Assembly: GCA_016748015.1 (NCBI GenBank)
Contig: JAAOMT010000441.1
Location: 310,001 to 374,000 of the forward strand
Origin: Geosiphon pyriformis uo1
Lineage: Eukaryota; Fungi; Glomeromycota
Length of the DNA stretch: 64,000 nt
Direction: 5' to 3'
The position numbers and the translations under genes were made by a program. Within the stretch, counting starts at the first letter, position 1; each line of letters opens with the position of its first letter. Of this stretch, positions 37,634 to 51,775 are shown one piece after another. The notes below the pieces were generated by a model that made no database searches, had not been told where the DNA came from, and saw only the letters and a program-made list of their open reading frames with translations.

Positions 37634-40600
37634 CCAGTTATATTTGGAAAATTGCCACATGCAATGTTAGGGGTATGAACAATCCTGCAAAACAAAAAGA
37701 TATTATTTGTTGGTATAAAGAAATGAACAATATGATTTCAATTGTTACTGAGACTAAGTTGAAAGATGGAGTTCGCCCTTGAATTATGAATAAGTTTGTT
37801 GGCGTCTGGGTTTTTACTTCTGGTTTAAGTTCTGGTCACATGGGTTCTGGGGTTGCAATCATTATGAACAATTTTTTGGTTCAACATGTGTGTAAGGTGT
37901 TAGACATTCCTGGCCAGTTTCTTTCTATTAAGCTTCTCTTCAAAAATAAGCTGTCTGTGTCAATTTTGGGGCTATATGCTGGATCATCTTTGGCAGTACG
38001 TTTTTCTCAGGTGGATGATATCAATTTTTTGATCGCGAGGGCAGTAAATGAGTCTTCCTTCATTGTCTTGGGTGGTAACTTCAATGAAGATGATTCTCGC
38101 AAAAGTGCCAGCTTAAAAAAATGCTTTGATTTGGGTTTGGTCAACTCTTTGAGTGGAAGCATGTTTGGAAGGGAAGCTACGTGGAATAATTCTCATGGGG
38201 TGGCTAAAATTATTGATTATGTGTTTGTGTCATCAAGTCTTGTTAATACAATTTTGGGTTGTAATGTATCTGGTGTCAAAGAGTATTTTGACACTGATCA
38301 TAAAGCTGTTTCTGTTTCCATGGGTCTTGGTGGTTTGCTAAATGTGCAGTTGAACTCATTGCGCAATTGGGCGAATAAGAATTGCTGGAAGTACAATTTT
38401 GTGAATGCTGGTGATGCCAATTGGATCAAGTTTAAAGAGGATACTTTGGCGAATGCTGCCATGTTCTATGATGAATTTTATGCTGCCAAGATATGTTTGG
38501 ATCTGGACACAATGTGGAGTCACCTTTGCCAAGTGGTGTGTTTGTCGGCTGAAAACGTTTTCAAAAAAAAATGGTTTAAGAGTTTTGACAGTGTCTATAA
38601 TAGAGTATCATTCAGATTTCACAAATTAGAACTTTTGGTGTTAAAGATTGTCAAAGCCTCTCATCTGGTCTCTCATGAGGAATTTGTTTCTCTACTTGAC
38701 ACATGGAAGAAAATTGATACTGCTAATGCTTCTGTTGTGGAGTCTCTCTTTCTTTTGGGTTCTCATTTTGATACCATTCGTTCAGCTTTGGTCAAGATAA
38801 GGAAATCTTACCATTCATCTAAGTTGTCAGAGTCAAACCGTGCAAAAAAATCTCAGATCAAGTCGGCAATTGACAAAAAAATGGAGAGTTTTGAGTTGAA
38901 CAAAGGTTATACTGTACATAGTGTTTTGGAATGACCTTTCTGCAAGGTGGTTTTAGATCATTTGGTGGTAAGGGATGAGATGGTGTTGGATCCTGCTCCT
39001 GTGAAGTCTAAGGTAGATGAGATTATGGAAGGCTGGGCTAGAAAGCGAAGGGTGGTGCTCGACATTAATGATGAGTGGTCTCGCCAGTATCATCCTTTGG
39101 GTTATGTTTTTGACAAAGCTTTTTCTGATATAATGGGTTTGATCGACTTCGACGAATTGTTTGGGGTTGTTTCCAACCTGCCGGATGACAAAGCTGCTGG
39201 CCTTTCGGGTATCTCAAATGAGCTTTGGAAACATTGCGATGTTTCAGTCCTTAATATGCTCTTGGTGCTTTTGAACTCTTGTCTGTCTAAGAAATCTGTC
39301 CCTGGCCCTTGGAGAGAAGCTTGGTTTTTGATGATTCCCAAACCATATGAATAGAAGGGTGTTCTTACAAATACTTGTCCTATTGTACTGATTGAGACAG
39401 CTCACAAGATTCTCTCCAAAATACTCTCAAACAGGATTTCTTCAGCATACAGCACTCATGATGTTCTTTGTGGTGACAATTTTTCAGTTTTGAAAGGTAC
39501 GATGACACAGTCCCCCATTTTTGCAGTTGGTTTGGTTGTTGAAGATGTCCTGAAAAAAAACAGAGAGCTTTGGCTGGTCTTGCAGGATATGAGGAAGGCA
39601 TATAATTCAGTTGGCTGGGAGCATTTGGAGAAGTGTTTGGTCAGAATTAAAATGTGTGACAAGTTTATTTGGTTTTTTGGCGGCATTCACAGAGGTCGCA
39701 CTAATCGAGTCATGACAGATTTTGGTTTGACAGATGGTTATCATGTCCATGATGGTTTAGATCAAGGAGAGGTTTTTTCCCCTCTCCTGTGGCACATTTT
39801 TTATGATCCTCTTTTGTGCAAAGTCAAGTGTCAAAAGAGTGTCTGTGGGTATAGACTAATTTCTCATTTTGTTTCTAAGAGTGGTCGTGTCAAATTGCAA
39901 GCTGGGCTTTCTTCTTATTTTGCCGCTGGTGCCTTTGTTGATGATACAATTTGGGTTGGCAGTAGTCAGAGTGCAACTCAACACATTTTGGACATTGCTA
40001 GCGAGTTTTTTCGGATTAATGACATCTCAATAAACAATGACAAGACAGTAGCTATTCCTATCAATTGTAAAGTTGGAAATTCCACTCTTTTCATTAGTGG
40101 TTCCCCTATCTCTGTTGCCAAAAAGGGTGAATCCTATTGGTATCTGGGCATATTTTTGTCAACTGAAGGCCTTTCCAAACCCAGTTTAGCTAAGGCGCAT
40201 TCGGACATTTATTTCTTTACAAATTTGGTTCTTAAAAAGGCTATCTCAGATAAGCAGTTCTTATATTTGATTTCAGCGGTTCTCCAATCTATAATTAGCT
40301 ACAGGACACAATTTAGCTTTGTTTCTATAGGCATTTGCAACAAGTGGGATGCTATGATTTGTAAGGGTCTGAAGCTTAAATCTGGACTTCCACTTGATTT
40401 TCCTAGTGATTCGATTCACCACCCCTTCTTTTATGGTTTAGGATCTTTCCTGCAAATTCAGTCTGAAGGCAAAGTTGCTTCTCTTATTAATTTTGCCAAC
40501 TCTAGTGGGATTGTGGAACGTTTGTTTTCTCATAGATCTCATGACCTGCAGGTTTTATGTTGGTGCCCTATTTATTCATTGAGTTCTCCTGTTCGCATTC

Positions 40601-42311
40601 GTGTTAGCGCTTCTAATAATTTTTTGGTGGGTTTGGTTCACATGCTTTATAATTGCAAATTGTCTTTGAGTGGATCCTTTCCCAATTCCTTTCGTGCCAA
40701 TAGTGGGATGCCCATGTCGACTGTTTTGAGTAAATCAGTTTTCTCTAGGTGTCTCCCCTTACTTCAGTGGTATGGTGTGGCCTTTGTAGACCAACTTTGT
40801 GATCATTATGGTACTGTCTTTGATTGGTCTACATTTAAGCGATGAAAGAAACTGGACCCCCATGGCCCTATTCCTGAATGGTTCAGACTTTCTGCTGTGT
40901 TTCTTGCTGGAGAGGATTTCTCTCCTGCCCGCATCTCTTTTCTTGCTAATATTGGTCCCTTAAACATTCTGGGTTTCTCTGGTTTTGTGTTTGTCTGCGA
41001 TCGTCTTTCGCAAGTTAATGCAAGGGTGCTATCAGTCTACACTGATAAGTCATTGAGAAATTTGGGTACAGTTGGCTGTGAAGTGGGTGCTACGGCTTTT
41101 TTCGAGGACATTGGTATGGGTTTGGGTGTTGGCGTGTCTGAGTTGATGTCATCTACCATGGCTGAGTTATAGACAATTGCGTTGGCTCTCGAGTGTGTTC
41201 CTGTTTTTAGTAATGTACATTTATTTTCAAATAGTCAGTCTGCTTTGGATGCTTGCAAATCAGAATTGGGTCTGGTGGTTCCTGATTTCCATAATCGGTG
41301 TTGGATTGAGCATCGGCACATTGCCAACGTCATATACAGTAAGGGCCTAAAAGTTACTTGGCACAAAGTCAAAGGTCATTCTGAAATTTTGGGAAATGAG
41401 CATGCTGATGTAATTGCCAGTGCTGTTTCTGTTTTTGACTGGTTTCTTCCTCCTCACCTAGATGAACACTTTTTGATGGCTGATGGCAATGTTGTCTCTG
41501 ACAATTCAAGGCATTTCGTCCATGACACTTTTCATGCCATATGTCGTGTGCGTTGGGAGGTGGGATCTGGTTCTAAAATTTTGCCTGTCAACTTGTGTGT
41601 TGATGTTGATTGGTCCTGCTCTTCTTTGGTGTGGCATCCTGATTTGCATATAGCCACTGGTTTCACTAACAAGATTTCGGCTAATGCACACTCTTATTTT
41701 ATGAAGGCTTTGCATCATCAGTTGTCTGTGGCTGTTCGAAAACGGCTTTATAATAGACTTTATCCCAGTGTGTTGTGTCTATATTGTGGTAATGTAGAGA
41801 TGTCGAGTCATGTTTTTTCTTGTAAGGTCGATGATTTTGCTTGGTGTCAGTTGTTAAATTCTCACATAAACACTTGGAAAACGGTTCTTCTGTCTCTTCT
41901 TCGGTTTTGTTGCAGTTGTTGTCATCTTGTGTTTCAGGGTCCTCAGTATTTATGGCCCTCCATAAGGGTTTTGTTTTTGATGAATGGTTCGGTGAAGCTG
42001 TTTCCGTCTTCCATAATCCCAAGGTGGCATGTTTGGAGATTGTTAATTTTGCATGTTCTCTTGGCCTCGCTTTTAGAGATGAGATCTGGTTGGTTTGGGC
42101 CAAACACCATGCCTATATGGAAAAGCATGGACTGATTTCTTTGGATGGTTTATCTCTTACTTCGGTCTCTGGTTTGACTTCACGGCTTTCCGCTGGTGTG
42201 GTTGATTTGCTTGGTATTGATGAAGCTTTTGGTGTGCATTTTGGTTTTCGCAAGTCTTATATGTTTTTTTCTGGCATTGGTGATTCAGCTTCTGTCTATA
42301 TAGCTGCATAG
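37630..42311 (+). pseudogene. LINE C ORF2 (APE-RT-RNaseH-CCHC)
   Basis: IATCNVRG...ETKLK...GNFN...IDY...TDH; QGEVFSPLL, AFVDD, YLGI; VYTDKS, KVKGHSEILGNEHAD; CLYCGNVEMSSHVFSC. One frame with 5 transition-type stops and a single frameshift near 41880. Confidence 0.93.
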
Positions 42312-43053
42312 TGTTGTCTTGACTGACCCGAGTGACTGGTTATGTGTAGAAAGTGCATGATTCATGCCTAGTTTAGATTATTTCTTTGATGTATAGTGCT
42401 AGGTTGTGTGTGGACCTCATTCGTTAAATAATAATAATAAAAATAAAATAAAATTTTATTTGTAATATTAACAAAAATAAGATAAAAAAGATATAATTTT
42501 TGATATTGTTTTTATTAAAAAAATATTGTTTTTGTTAAAAAAAAACAGTATATAAAATACAAAATAAAATTATAAAACATATAAAATTTAGTAATAATAA
42601 TTAAATTATATATTTATATAATTGTATTTATAATATTAATAAATTAAATAATAATAAACAACTTTTTTTTTAATTTTGTATTTAATTTATTTATTTATTT
42701 TTTAGTTTATAAACAAAATTATAATGTATAATTACTTTAGTTATAAAGTTTTATAATAAAATATTTTTGGTTTTTTAAATAAAATCATTTAAATATTTTA
42801 AAATTATTAATAATAATAAGCAAAACAAGAGATAAAAAAACAAAATTGTTAATTTAATAATTATAAAAAAAATTTTTTGTTTAAAATATTAAGTAATATA
42901 ACAAAAAACTTTTGCTATTTAAAAATTTTTAATTAAATTACAAAGCTAATATTAAAACACAAGTAATTTGTTAATTTATTTAATATTAAAAACTATTAAT
43001 TAATTTAGTATTAATCTTATTAAAACACAAATAATTTTTTTTTAATTAACGTA

Positions 43054-46000
43054 TTTATTAAGTAAAGCCTAATTGCTATCTAGTACAAAGAACCAAACTA
43101 AGTGGCTTAAATTAAATACAACTCATGTATTTACTACATGTGGCTAGCCACTTAGGCCAGACAAAGCAACACTATATATCTATATTAACATGTATATTAT
43201 AATTTAATTCAGAAAAAAAGAGACATAGTTTACAATGGCTAAAACTAACAGCAAAAGCCTTGATAATACCAAGTATTCTAATCATACTATTAAACAGTCT
43301 GAATACTAAACAACACAACAAGTCTGATATTAGACTGTTATTTCCAACCAAACCAGCTTTTTCTATCTTAATTCTATACTTAAATTTTATCAGCCAAGCC
43401 ATAAAACAGTGTAATTTTACTAAAGTTTTTGCAAAATCAACAACAATAGAAACAGCTTTTTTTTTCTCATTAAAAATTCTAAAGACTTCCATATATTAGT
43501 CTTTTAGCACAAACTCCTTGTATATAGTTATATATATACCAACATCTAAAGAACAGCTAAAAAGTATTCTCAAAACAGCAAAAGAAGAAGAAGTACTATG
43601 AGCATCTGCCAAAGCAGCTCATTGTATAAAAGCCACAGTCAAAATCTTTTTTTAAACACTAGAATCCTAAACACAAGTAAAAATATGATCCAACAACTCT
43701 ATTTTACTACACAACAAATACAGCACATTAAGATAATTTTTATTGTATAATTTTTTCTTAACTGCTATTGGTAATCATTTGTGTACAGTTTTTATTATGT
43801 ACATACAAAAATTGGAAGACTTTTAACTGGTAAAGTCGGCAAACATGTGCAAGTCAGAATGCCAAATTTTTACAGTAGTATTCTAATCTATATCCTAGAT
43901 TAGCACATCTGGGACCACATTACAACCAGGCCCAGATTTTCAATAAGCACAACAAACAGACTGAAATAAATCTCTAACAAAATAGTAAATATTATCAGAC
44001 ATAGGAGTGTTTTTAGTCATTAAAAAATGTTTCTGCATTCCTATTGGCAAAAAAAAAGAGTATAAACAGTCTTATCTATTACAGCATTAGTTTTAATATT
44101 ACTACAAATCTCAGAATGACTCTTAATCTTAATTCAACTCACAATAAAATCCTTATCCCTAATTAAATTAGCAATATGTCTTCTTTTTAACCAGCATTGA
44201 TTATGAAAATCCAGTATTGCAAATAACATCTCAGAAACACAAGCATTAATAACAGCTTGGCTGTTAATATGCAAGACCACCTCACATAAAGAAAAGACAC
44301 ACTCCAAAGACAATGCTATAGCCTGTAATTCAGCTAATAGAAAACAAAAGACCATAGGCTCCAATATTAACACTCATGTCCAAAGCAGGGAAATATGCAG
44401 TTCCCACTAGTAATATTAACAGAACCAGCATTTTTCAACAAACCATTCATATAGACCTTAAAAAGGCCAAACCAAAACTATTTTGCACATTAAAAAACCT
44501 TTTAGACAACAAAATATTTAAACCAGAAAACCACACAGACACAGTAGAATTACACAATAAAAAACACTTATTATGCAAATAATCTAATATAAGCTCAAAC
44601 CAAAAAGACATAAGACCTCTAGGATTCAGTTTTTTTTACTTATAAAAGATTTTTCAATCCATTATATTGCTCTTTTTATCAAAAAGTCTATTACTAAAAA
44701 CAACTTCAAAACACTTTAAAGAACAAACAAAACTAAGAAACAAAGTTTTCTCTAAAATTGATAATATTAAAAGCAGCCAAGATTATAAAAAGCATTAGAT
44801 AAATTGTTTACCAAAGAAAGCTTATTGTCAATAAAAATTTTTACCATTCCAGCCAAAAAATTGTTCACTAAGCTAATACATAACTTGGTAAGATACTGCA
44901 AAGAGTTTAAAGAAATCCAACCCAAAATCTACAAATCCAAAAATCTGTGATTAAACAAGTGTTCAAAAATGTCTGGAGCATTAGAAAAGGCAATTAAAGT
45001 GGCCAATTTTTTTTCTGACTGAACTTGCTTAAATGATTTCAAACTATACAAAAAAAGATGATGCAAGGCTTCACTTAAGAAATCCCAAGGCAAACAGACT
45101 TTAGATTTAAGACTCTTCTTAATCATAACATTTTATTTGTAATATATACTAGATAAAATAAAACTAAACTGTGTCCTATAACTGATTATGAGCTATAAAA
45201 CAGCTGACACCAAGTAAAAAAACTGTTTATCTATGACAACTTTTCTGAAGACCACATTAACAAAAAAATGAACATTAAAATGAGTTTTGATTATACTTGA
45301 CTTGGACAACCTCTTAGTAAACAAAAAGATATTTAGGTATCTATGTGTCTTATTCTTCTTAGCAATAAAAATTAGCTGACCACTAATACTCAATAAAGCA
45401 ACTCTAATATTCTGATTGATCGGAATAGCCACTGTTTTTTTATTGTTGATTAAAATATTATTGATCACAAAAAATTCACTAGCAATGTTTAAAGCATATT
45501 GAATAGAAGCTTGGCAGTCTCTAATCCAAATTGTGTTATTAACAAATATACCAACAGCAAAAAAAAAGACATTTCACCACTATTTTCAATTTTGTCAGAC
45601 TTCATTATAAATTTAGTATCAATTTAGTATTTACACAAATGTTTATGTCTTTTAACTTCACACAAAAGTGGATTGTAAAAAATCTTCCAAAGAAGAAAAG
45701 AAAAAACCTCACCCTAATTCAAATCATTATACATTCTATAGCTACTTGAAAGTTTAAAATTAGTTATTAACCTATTAATCTTGTCTTCATATATGTTGTC
45801 AAAGAATCTAATAAATCTATTACACATTTTGATTTAATACAAGCTAGTCTGTTGTTATTTATAGAATATAAGAATTATATATTAGTACATTAGTTAACCA
45901 ATCAGAATAAGACATAGTAAAAAGTAGAATTCTAAGAATCTTCTTAGAGAAATTGTAGAATTCCAAAATTACAGGATTCTTGTATAAGGAATTGCAGAAT

Positions 46001-49000
46001 TGCAGAATTGTAAAATTCCTCTTAAAGAATTGCAAAATTTTTGGTTAGAGAATTGAAAAATTCAAGAAATCTTGTACAATGAAATTTATGTATATATAGC
46101 AGTAATGTTAAAAGCAAAAAAAACAGAATTCTTAGTTTAAAACCTCCAGTTCCAATTCCATATCTATTTCTTCATATAATAGTATTCTATGACTTGAAAT
46201 AGAAACATCAAATATTAATAAAATACTTGTTATCATCACAATTTTTTTTTTTATTAACAACATATGTTGATAATTACCAATACTTAACTATATTAGACCA
46301 ATAGCTCTTAATCAAGACTATTGACAAGATACTAATCTTTAAATTGCTTTGGCTTATTTTTTTTATGTTTTGATTTTATTTTTTTTCTTCATTTTGTTTG
46401 TTGTATACTAATTGATTAAGGATTAAGTGCTGAGTTATTAACATTAAGAATTGTTTGGTAAAAGATTCTTGCAAAAGAGTAAACACTTAGATTTAAGAAT
46501 TACTTACCAGAGGATTGCTGGCCATTATGCTGAGAAAAAAATTTAACAGAATTGCAATTTTGGGAAGCTATAGATAAAACAATACTTAAATTTCTGTCTA
46601 TTATACAAAGAACTCAACCAAAAACCTTCAGATCATAAAACTTTTCAGAAATTACCAACACCACTTTAGCTATTGAGTACCAAGTTACAGGTTTGTTATT
46701 TGCTTCAACATCTTAAATAATCACTTGTAATATTATAAATAATGTCAACCAACTGAGTCATAAGCTTTGCACATATCCTATAAGACCAACCAAAGTTTTT
46801 TATTCTTTTTCAGAGTATTTTTACCCACTGATTCAATAGCAAAAACAGGAAACTAAGTGAACATACTCTTTAAAACTGAAAAATTATCACTTCAGAGAAC
46901 ACCAAACTTACTATATACAGCAAAAATCTGATTAAAAAAAATCTTGAAAAGAATCTTCCTAACAGTTTTAATTAAAGCAATAGGTTAAGTGTTTGTTAGA
47001 ATGCTGTCCCAATTATAAGATTTAAGAATTATTGAGACCCAGGCTTTTTTCCAAAAGGCAAACACACTATTAATAAACAAACACATATTCAGCAACTCCA
47101 ACAGAGACCTTATTACTTTATTACCACTATGTTTCCAAAGTTTATTAGGAATACCAGACAAGCCAACAGTCTTGTTATCAGACAAACTATCAATTACCAA
47201 CTGCAGTTTCTCTATACTGATTTTTTTTATTACACCAGAAAAAGCATCATCTTTGATATAATCTAAAAGAGCATATTGGTGAGCCCAAAAATCAGACAAA
47301 GTCATAAGCACAATCCACTTTCTTGTTCAATCTTCTATTATCTTATTCATGCTGTGTTTTATCTCTGGTTCCAAAACCAACTTTTTATCCACTACTAAAT
47401 AATTCAGAACCACTTTGTGAAAAGACTGATCCAGAATGCTCTTAATTATATTACTCTTGTTAAAACCAACACTCTCTATATGCTTCTTGATTGTTTTTTT
47501 TATAGATGCCTCTTCAGCCAATCTTGATTCATACATCTTGGATTTTCTGTATTTCTTACAAACTAATAACAAGTGTCTAAGAACAACCAATAACTTACTA
47601 CCTATTCAAATCATGTCTGTAACTATATAAACTTTAACATTATCTAAAGTTGACCATTTTTTTACAAGACAATTAATGTCAAACATGTCACTTAAGCACA
47701 ATTTTTTAATAATTTTGGCAACCAACAACTTCAAACCAAAAAACTTAGAAGACTGTTTATTTCTTAAACACTAAAATTTGCTAAACCAAAGCCTAGAAAA
47801 TATCTTATCAGCTGATTTTACCATTATTTTTTTCAACAACAACCACATAGCATCCAAATTACCATGAGCATTAATCTCTGAAAATTTATTCCTTATCACT
47901 AAAAACTTGACAAAAGAACAATTCTTAAATTATAATTATTTGACACTATTAGTATCCTTGATTTTAAACTTTCAGTAATCTTTATTAGTCTGTTTATACA
48001 AGTCATTTAAGCAGACATTCAAGAGCTTTTCCAGACTAATTGACATCATGACAGCTCTGTAATCAGTGTTAAAGAAAGGAAATACAGAATTAACACCATG
48101 ACTAATAACAGCTAACAACAGATTTTTACTAATAAAAATATAATTTAAGACTTTCTTAACACCTCTTAAATTGTCCCAAGTTGAAGCATTAACCAATAAA
48201 CATCTATTAAATAAGTTAACTAAACCCAAATCCAAGCAAAACTTAAAATTCGCACTTTTTCCAGATTTATTTTTATTGAAGTTCTCACCTACAATTACAA
48301 AAGTACTGGAGTTGACTGCCTTGGCAATAAAAAAGTTGACCTCCAAAGCCATATCAAACTTAGTTTCAGAAAAAGCACCAGTATACAAACCCAAAACTGT
48401 AACTAAAAGTTTGTCCTTAAATAAAAATCACACTGAAATAACTTAACCAGAAACCTCCTTAATCTTAAACACATAATAAGCCAAAAAATTATTTATAACA
48501 ATAATTACATTTACACCAAAAAAACTTTTATTTAAACCAGATGTGAATATCCACACTCTTTCAAACTTATCAGCAATCTATGATTTGATACTAGATCTCA
48601 ACTTTGTCTCTATAATAAAAAAATCATGTTATCCAAACTCATATGTTAGCAAACAACATCTTCTTGTTTTGCAGAAACATTGATACTTTGAATATTACAT
48701 GTGGCAAATTTCCAAATCAGATCAGTATTAAGAAGGAAAATGAGCAGAAAAACCCAAATTTGCACACAAAAAATCACAATCTCTCCAAAATTGATCTTAT
48801 AAAAGCATTTAAGACTACCAATTTTGATTTCAAACCACTGACTTTGGCAGTAAAAACCTTCAAACTATTTAAACCCAAATTTACAACCACATCTTTTACA
48901 GCCACAGCTAAAAGAGAAGAAGACAACTATAAATCATTTAAAATCATGTTCAAATCTAATGGTAATAATAATAAAACAGAAACAACTGGAGATGCAACAC

Positions 49001-50805
49001 AAAAAACAAACACCAAAGGCACCAACTTCACATTATTTAGTTTTTGCATAATATTTAACATCTGATTAGCCAAAAGCTTTAAGAAATGCTTCAAAGAAGC
49101 AATGTAATTAACAATAGAAAAACCATTATAAACAATTGACAAATTTTTTTTAATATGCAGTCTGCTAAAAAATTGAGAATTAAAGCCAAAATCTAATCCC
49201 AAACCACTACTAAAAAAAGCAGCAAACAAAACCACCTGAGTCCAAAATTTGCCACCAAAAAAGACTAGATAAGCAATTGGCATTTGCTTCTTTTTATATA
49301 TATTGACCAGATGAATTTGATTCTGAAAAGTTACTATCTGCTTACCATAACCACTAAAATTACTATTTATTAAGCAATTATTAAAAATATGACCAAACTG
49401 TTTATACTGAGCACAACAGGCCAAAAAAAAATCAGCTTAATGTAAATTTACACCCTTAAAAACTGGCACAAAACCAATAACAGCCAATTTGGATGTTTCA
49501 TCAGTAAAACAAACTACAACACATCTGTTGCACACATATGAATTCGGATTATGACCAATGATACAAGTTTTTCTATCATAAAAAACCAGCAAATTAGAGA
49601 GATTATGAATGGTAGTATTAATTAGAAGTGTATATAGCAAAGCTTGATGTTGATCCCTAAACACTTATATTTGTTTATTACTAATTGTTTTTGCCATACA
49701 AACAGAATCTTTTTCTATGAAAACAAACTATCTAACTGCAACCAAATCAGCTATTTTAGATGACTCATATTTCATCAAAGCTTTTTGCTAAAGACCAATC
49801 AGTTGTATTTTAATTAACATAATTCTACCAAACTTAGAAAAAACTAACTCCACAGCTGATTTTGAAAGATTAACAGAAATTTTTTTGATTATTACTTTTC
49901 GATTCAAATGGTTGTTTACTTTTTTAAAATCATTATTAACAAGAATTTTCTTACAGATTGTCAATTTTTTTGCCTTATTCAAACTAGATTCTGATGTAAA
50001 AAATGATCTAATAATTCCAAGAAATTTTGAGAGAGTAAAAGCTCCTCTAAAACCATCAATTTGATAAAAAAATTTTTTAACAGCAATCAATTTATTATCA
50101 TTAGTTTTGTCCAGCACAACAAATAACTCAATATTTAATGTAAAAAATTTAACTGGCTCGAAATCACACTTATTTAAGACATGTGACTTAACAATTGGTA
50201 AATGCTTAGCACCAAAAGATTCAAAAACTGGAAGTGTCAAAATATTATCATTGTTATTGCTTAAATCATTGAAAAAAATATTTTTCAGTTTGCTGCTTAA
50301 AACATATGTTCTAATATGAGTTTTTCTGAGTATAGCATTGTCTATATTATCATTGACTTCTGAGACATTTGAATTTGCATAGCTGGTTTTTTTCACAACT
50401 ATATTTTTTATGTCCTCTAAGTCTAATATACCACTAATACTGCTTGTCTTACTGTTTACTTTGCTGCTCCAAAACTTTAAAGACTTGTTACTGTCAGTAA
50501 TTATATCTACAAGAAATAGAGAGCCAGCAGATATCTTGATCATATCACTAACAATGGTAAGTTTTTTGTAAAATGCACTATGTAAGTAAGCACCCACCAA
50601 GTGTTTGGTTTTGACACCAGACCAGGTCCCCAACCCAGCCAAAATAGATACTGACTCATTAGTAGAAGAGCCTATTGGATTCATATTTATAAACAAAAGT
50701 ATGTTAAAAGAAATAGCTGTAAAAATAAAGAGAATAAAAAATAAAAAAATTTATTTCTTTGGTAAAATCTAGCTCTTATTATGATCAAAAAATTAACAAA
50801 AAAAA
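43054..50805 (-). mobile_element. LINE copy D, more eroded, divergent ORF2 lineage, with a solo LTR insertion
   Basis: ORF1 ~50684-48730 (type II, MNPIGSS...), ORF2 ~48725-43172, 3' UTR 43054-43171. Confidence 0.88.
45853..46732 (+). mobile_element. Solo LTR (880 bp) inserted in LINE D RT
   Basis: TGTTAT...GTAATA termini (decayed TGTTAC/GTAACA). Flanks CTGT (45849-45852) and TTAT (46733-46736); removal restores AYDSVG*HYL(Q/R)TSL. TATA at ~46091. Confidence 0.82.
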
Positions 50806-51775
50806 CTTTTTTTTTTAAAATACACAAATAATTTGTTAATTTGTTTAATATTTAAAATTATTAATTAATTAATAAGAATTAAATAAAATACTGTCTAAAA
50901 ATATTGCTAATTTAATAATATTTTATATTAAAATATATAATTAAACTATTTATTTACTTAAAATTTGAAAATAAAACATATATTAAAAAATAAATCTGCT
51001 TTAGTTTAATATTTTAAAACATTAATTATATAATTAAAATTAAAATAACTAAAATAATTAATTAAATTAAAAAATAAGAATTTTTTTAAAGTTTTTTATA
51101 AAGCAAATTAAAAAATAACTTATATAAAAACAAAAAATATTAAATTATATCTTTGGCTTTTTTATAATATTATAAATAAAAAAAATTAAAAGTCTTTGTC
51201 TTCTTAATTTTATGACTATGATTAAAACAAAAAGTAAAAAAGCTGTACCTAATATTTTTTCTAAGATATTTAATAAAATTTCAACCAAAAAAGCTCTTTT
51301 TGTTGTAGAAACAACTAGGCAAAACATTTTAGAAGCTTTCTCTTTACCTAATAATCATAAAAAGCTGTTTTTGGTAATTACTAAAGCAACTTTCTTATCT
51401 TTGGCTGGTCTTTTATTAGTCAAAGTTCTCTTAAAGAGACACATTTGAGTTAGTCTCAATGTTGCCTCTATCCCTTTAAAAAGCCCAAAAATTTTTAATA
51501 ATAGATTAGTCAACAAACTGGTTTACTTTTTTATAACTGTTCTATCAGGTGCTGCTAGTATTTTTCTTTAAAAAAAATAGTCAAAAAGACCAAAAGTTCA
51601 GAAAAGTGGAGGCAGTTACTTGCCTCTGTTATTGTTACACCAAACTCCTTTGTGGTTTTTAGTAAAATCTTGGATGAAGTCTTTATAGTATTATTCAGTA
51701 TATTATCCAAAATAGACCAAAATTAATTACTGGTTGTGTTGTTAAATGTGGTGTCTTCCAGCAGATTATTATTGG

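Larger units (their letters stand above)
35617..42428 (+). mobile_element. LINE copy C, best preserved, followed by a (TAA)n/A tail
   Basis: 5' leader, ORF1, ORF2, 3' UTR 42312-42428, then taataataataaaaataaaa. Confidence 0.95.

Noticed and set aside
42312-42428. Hammerhead or HDV-like ribozyme in the LINE 3' UTR
   Set aside because: GAAA is present but there is no CUGANGA core, and the helix order does not match the HDV fold as far as can be seen by eye.
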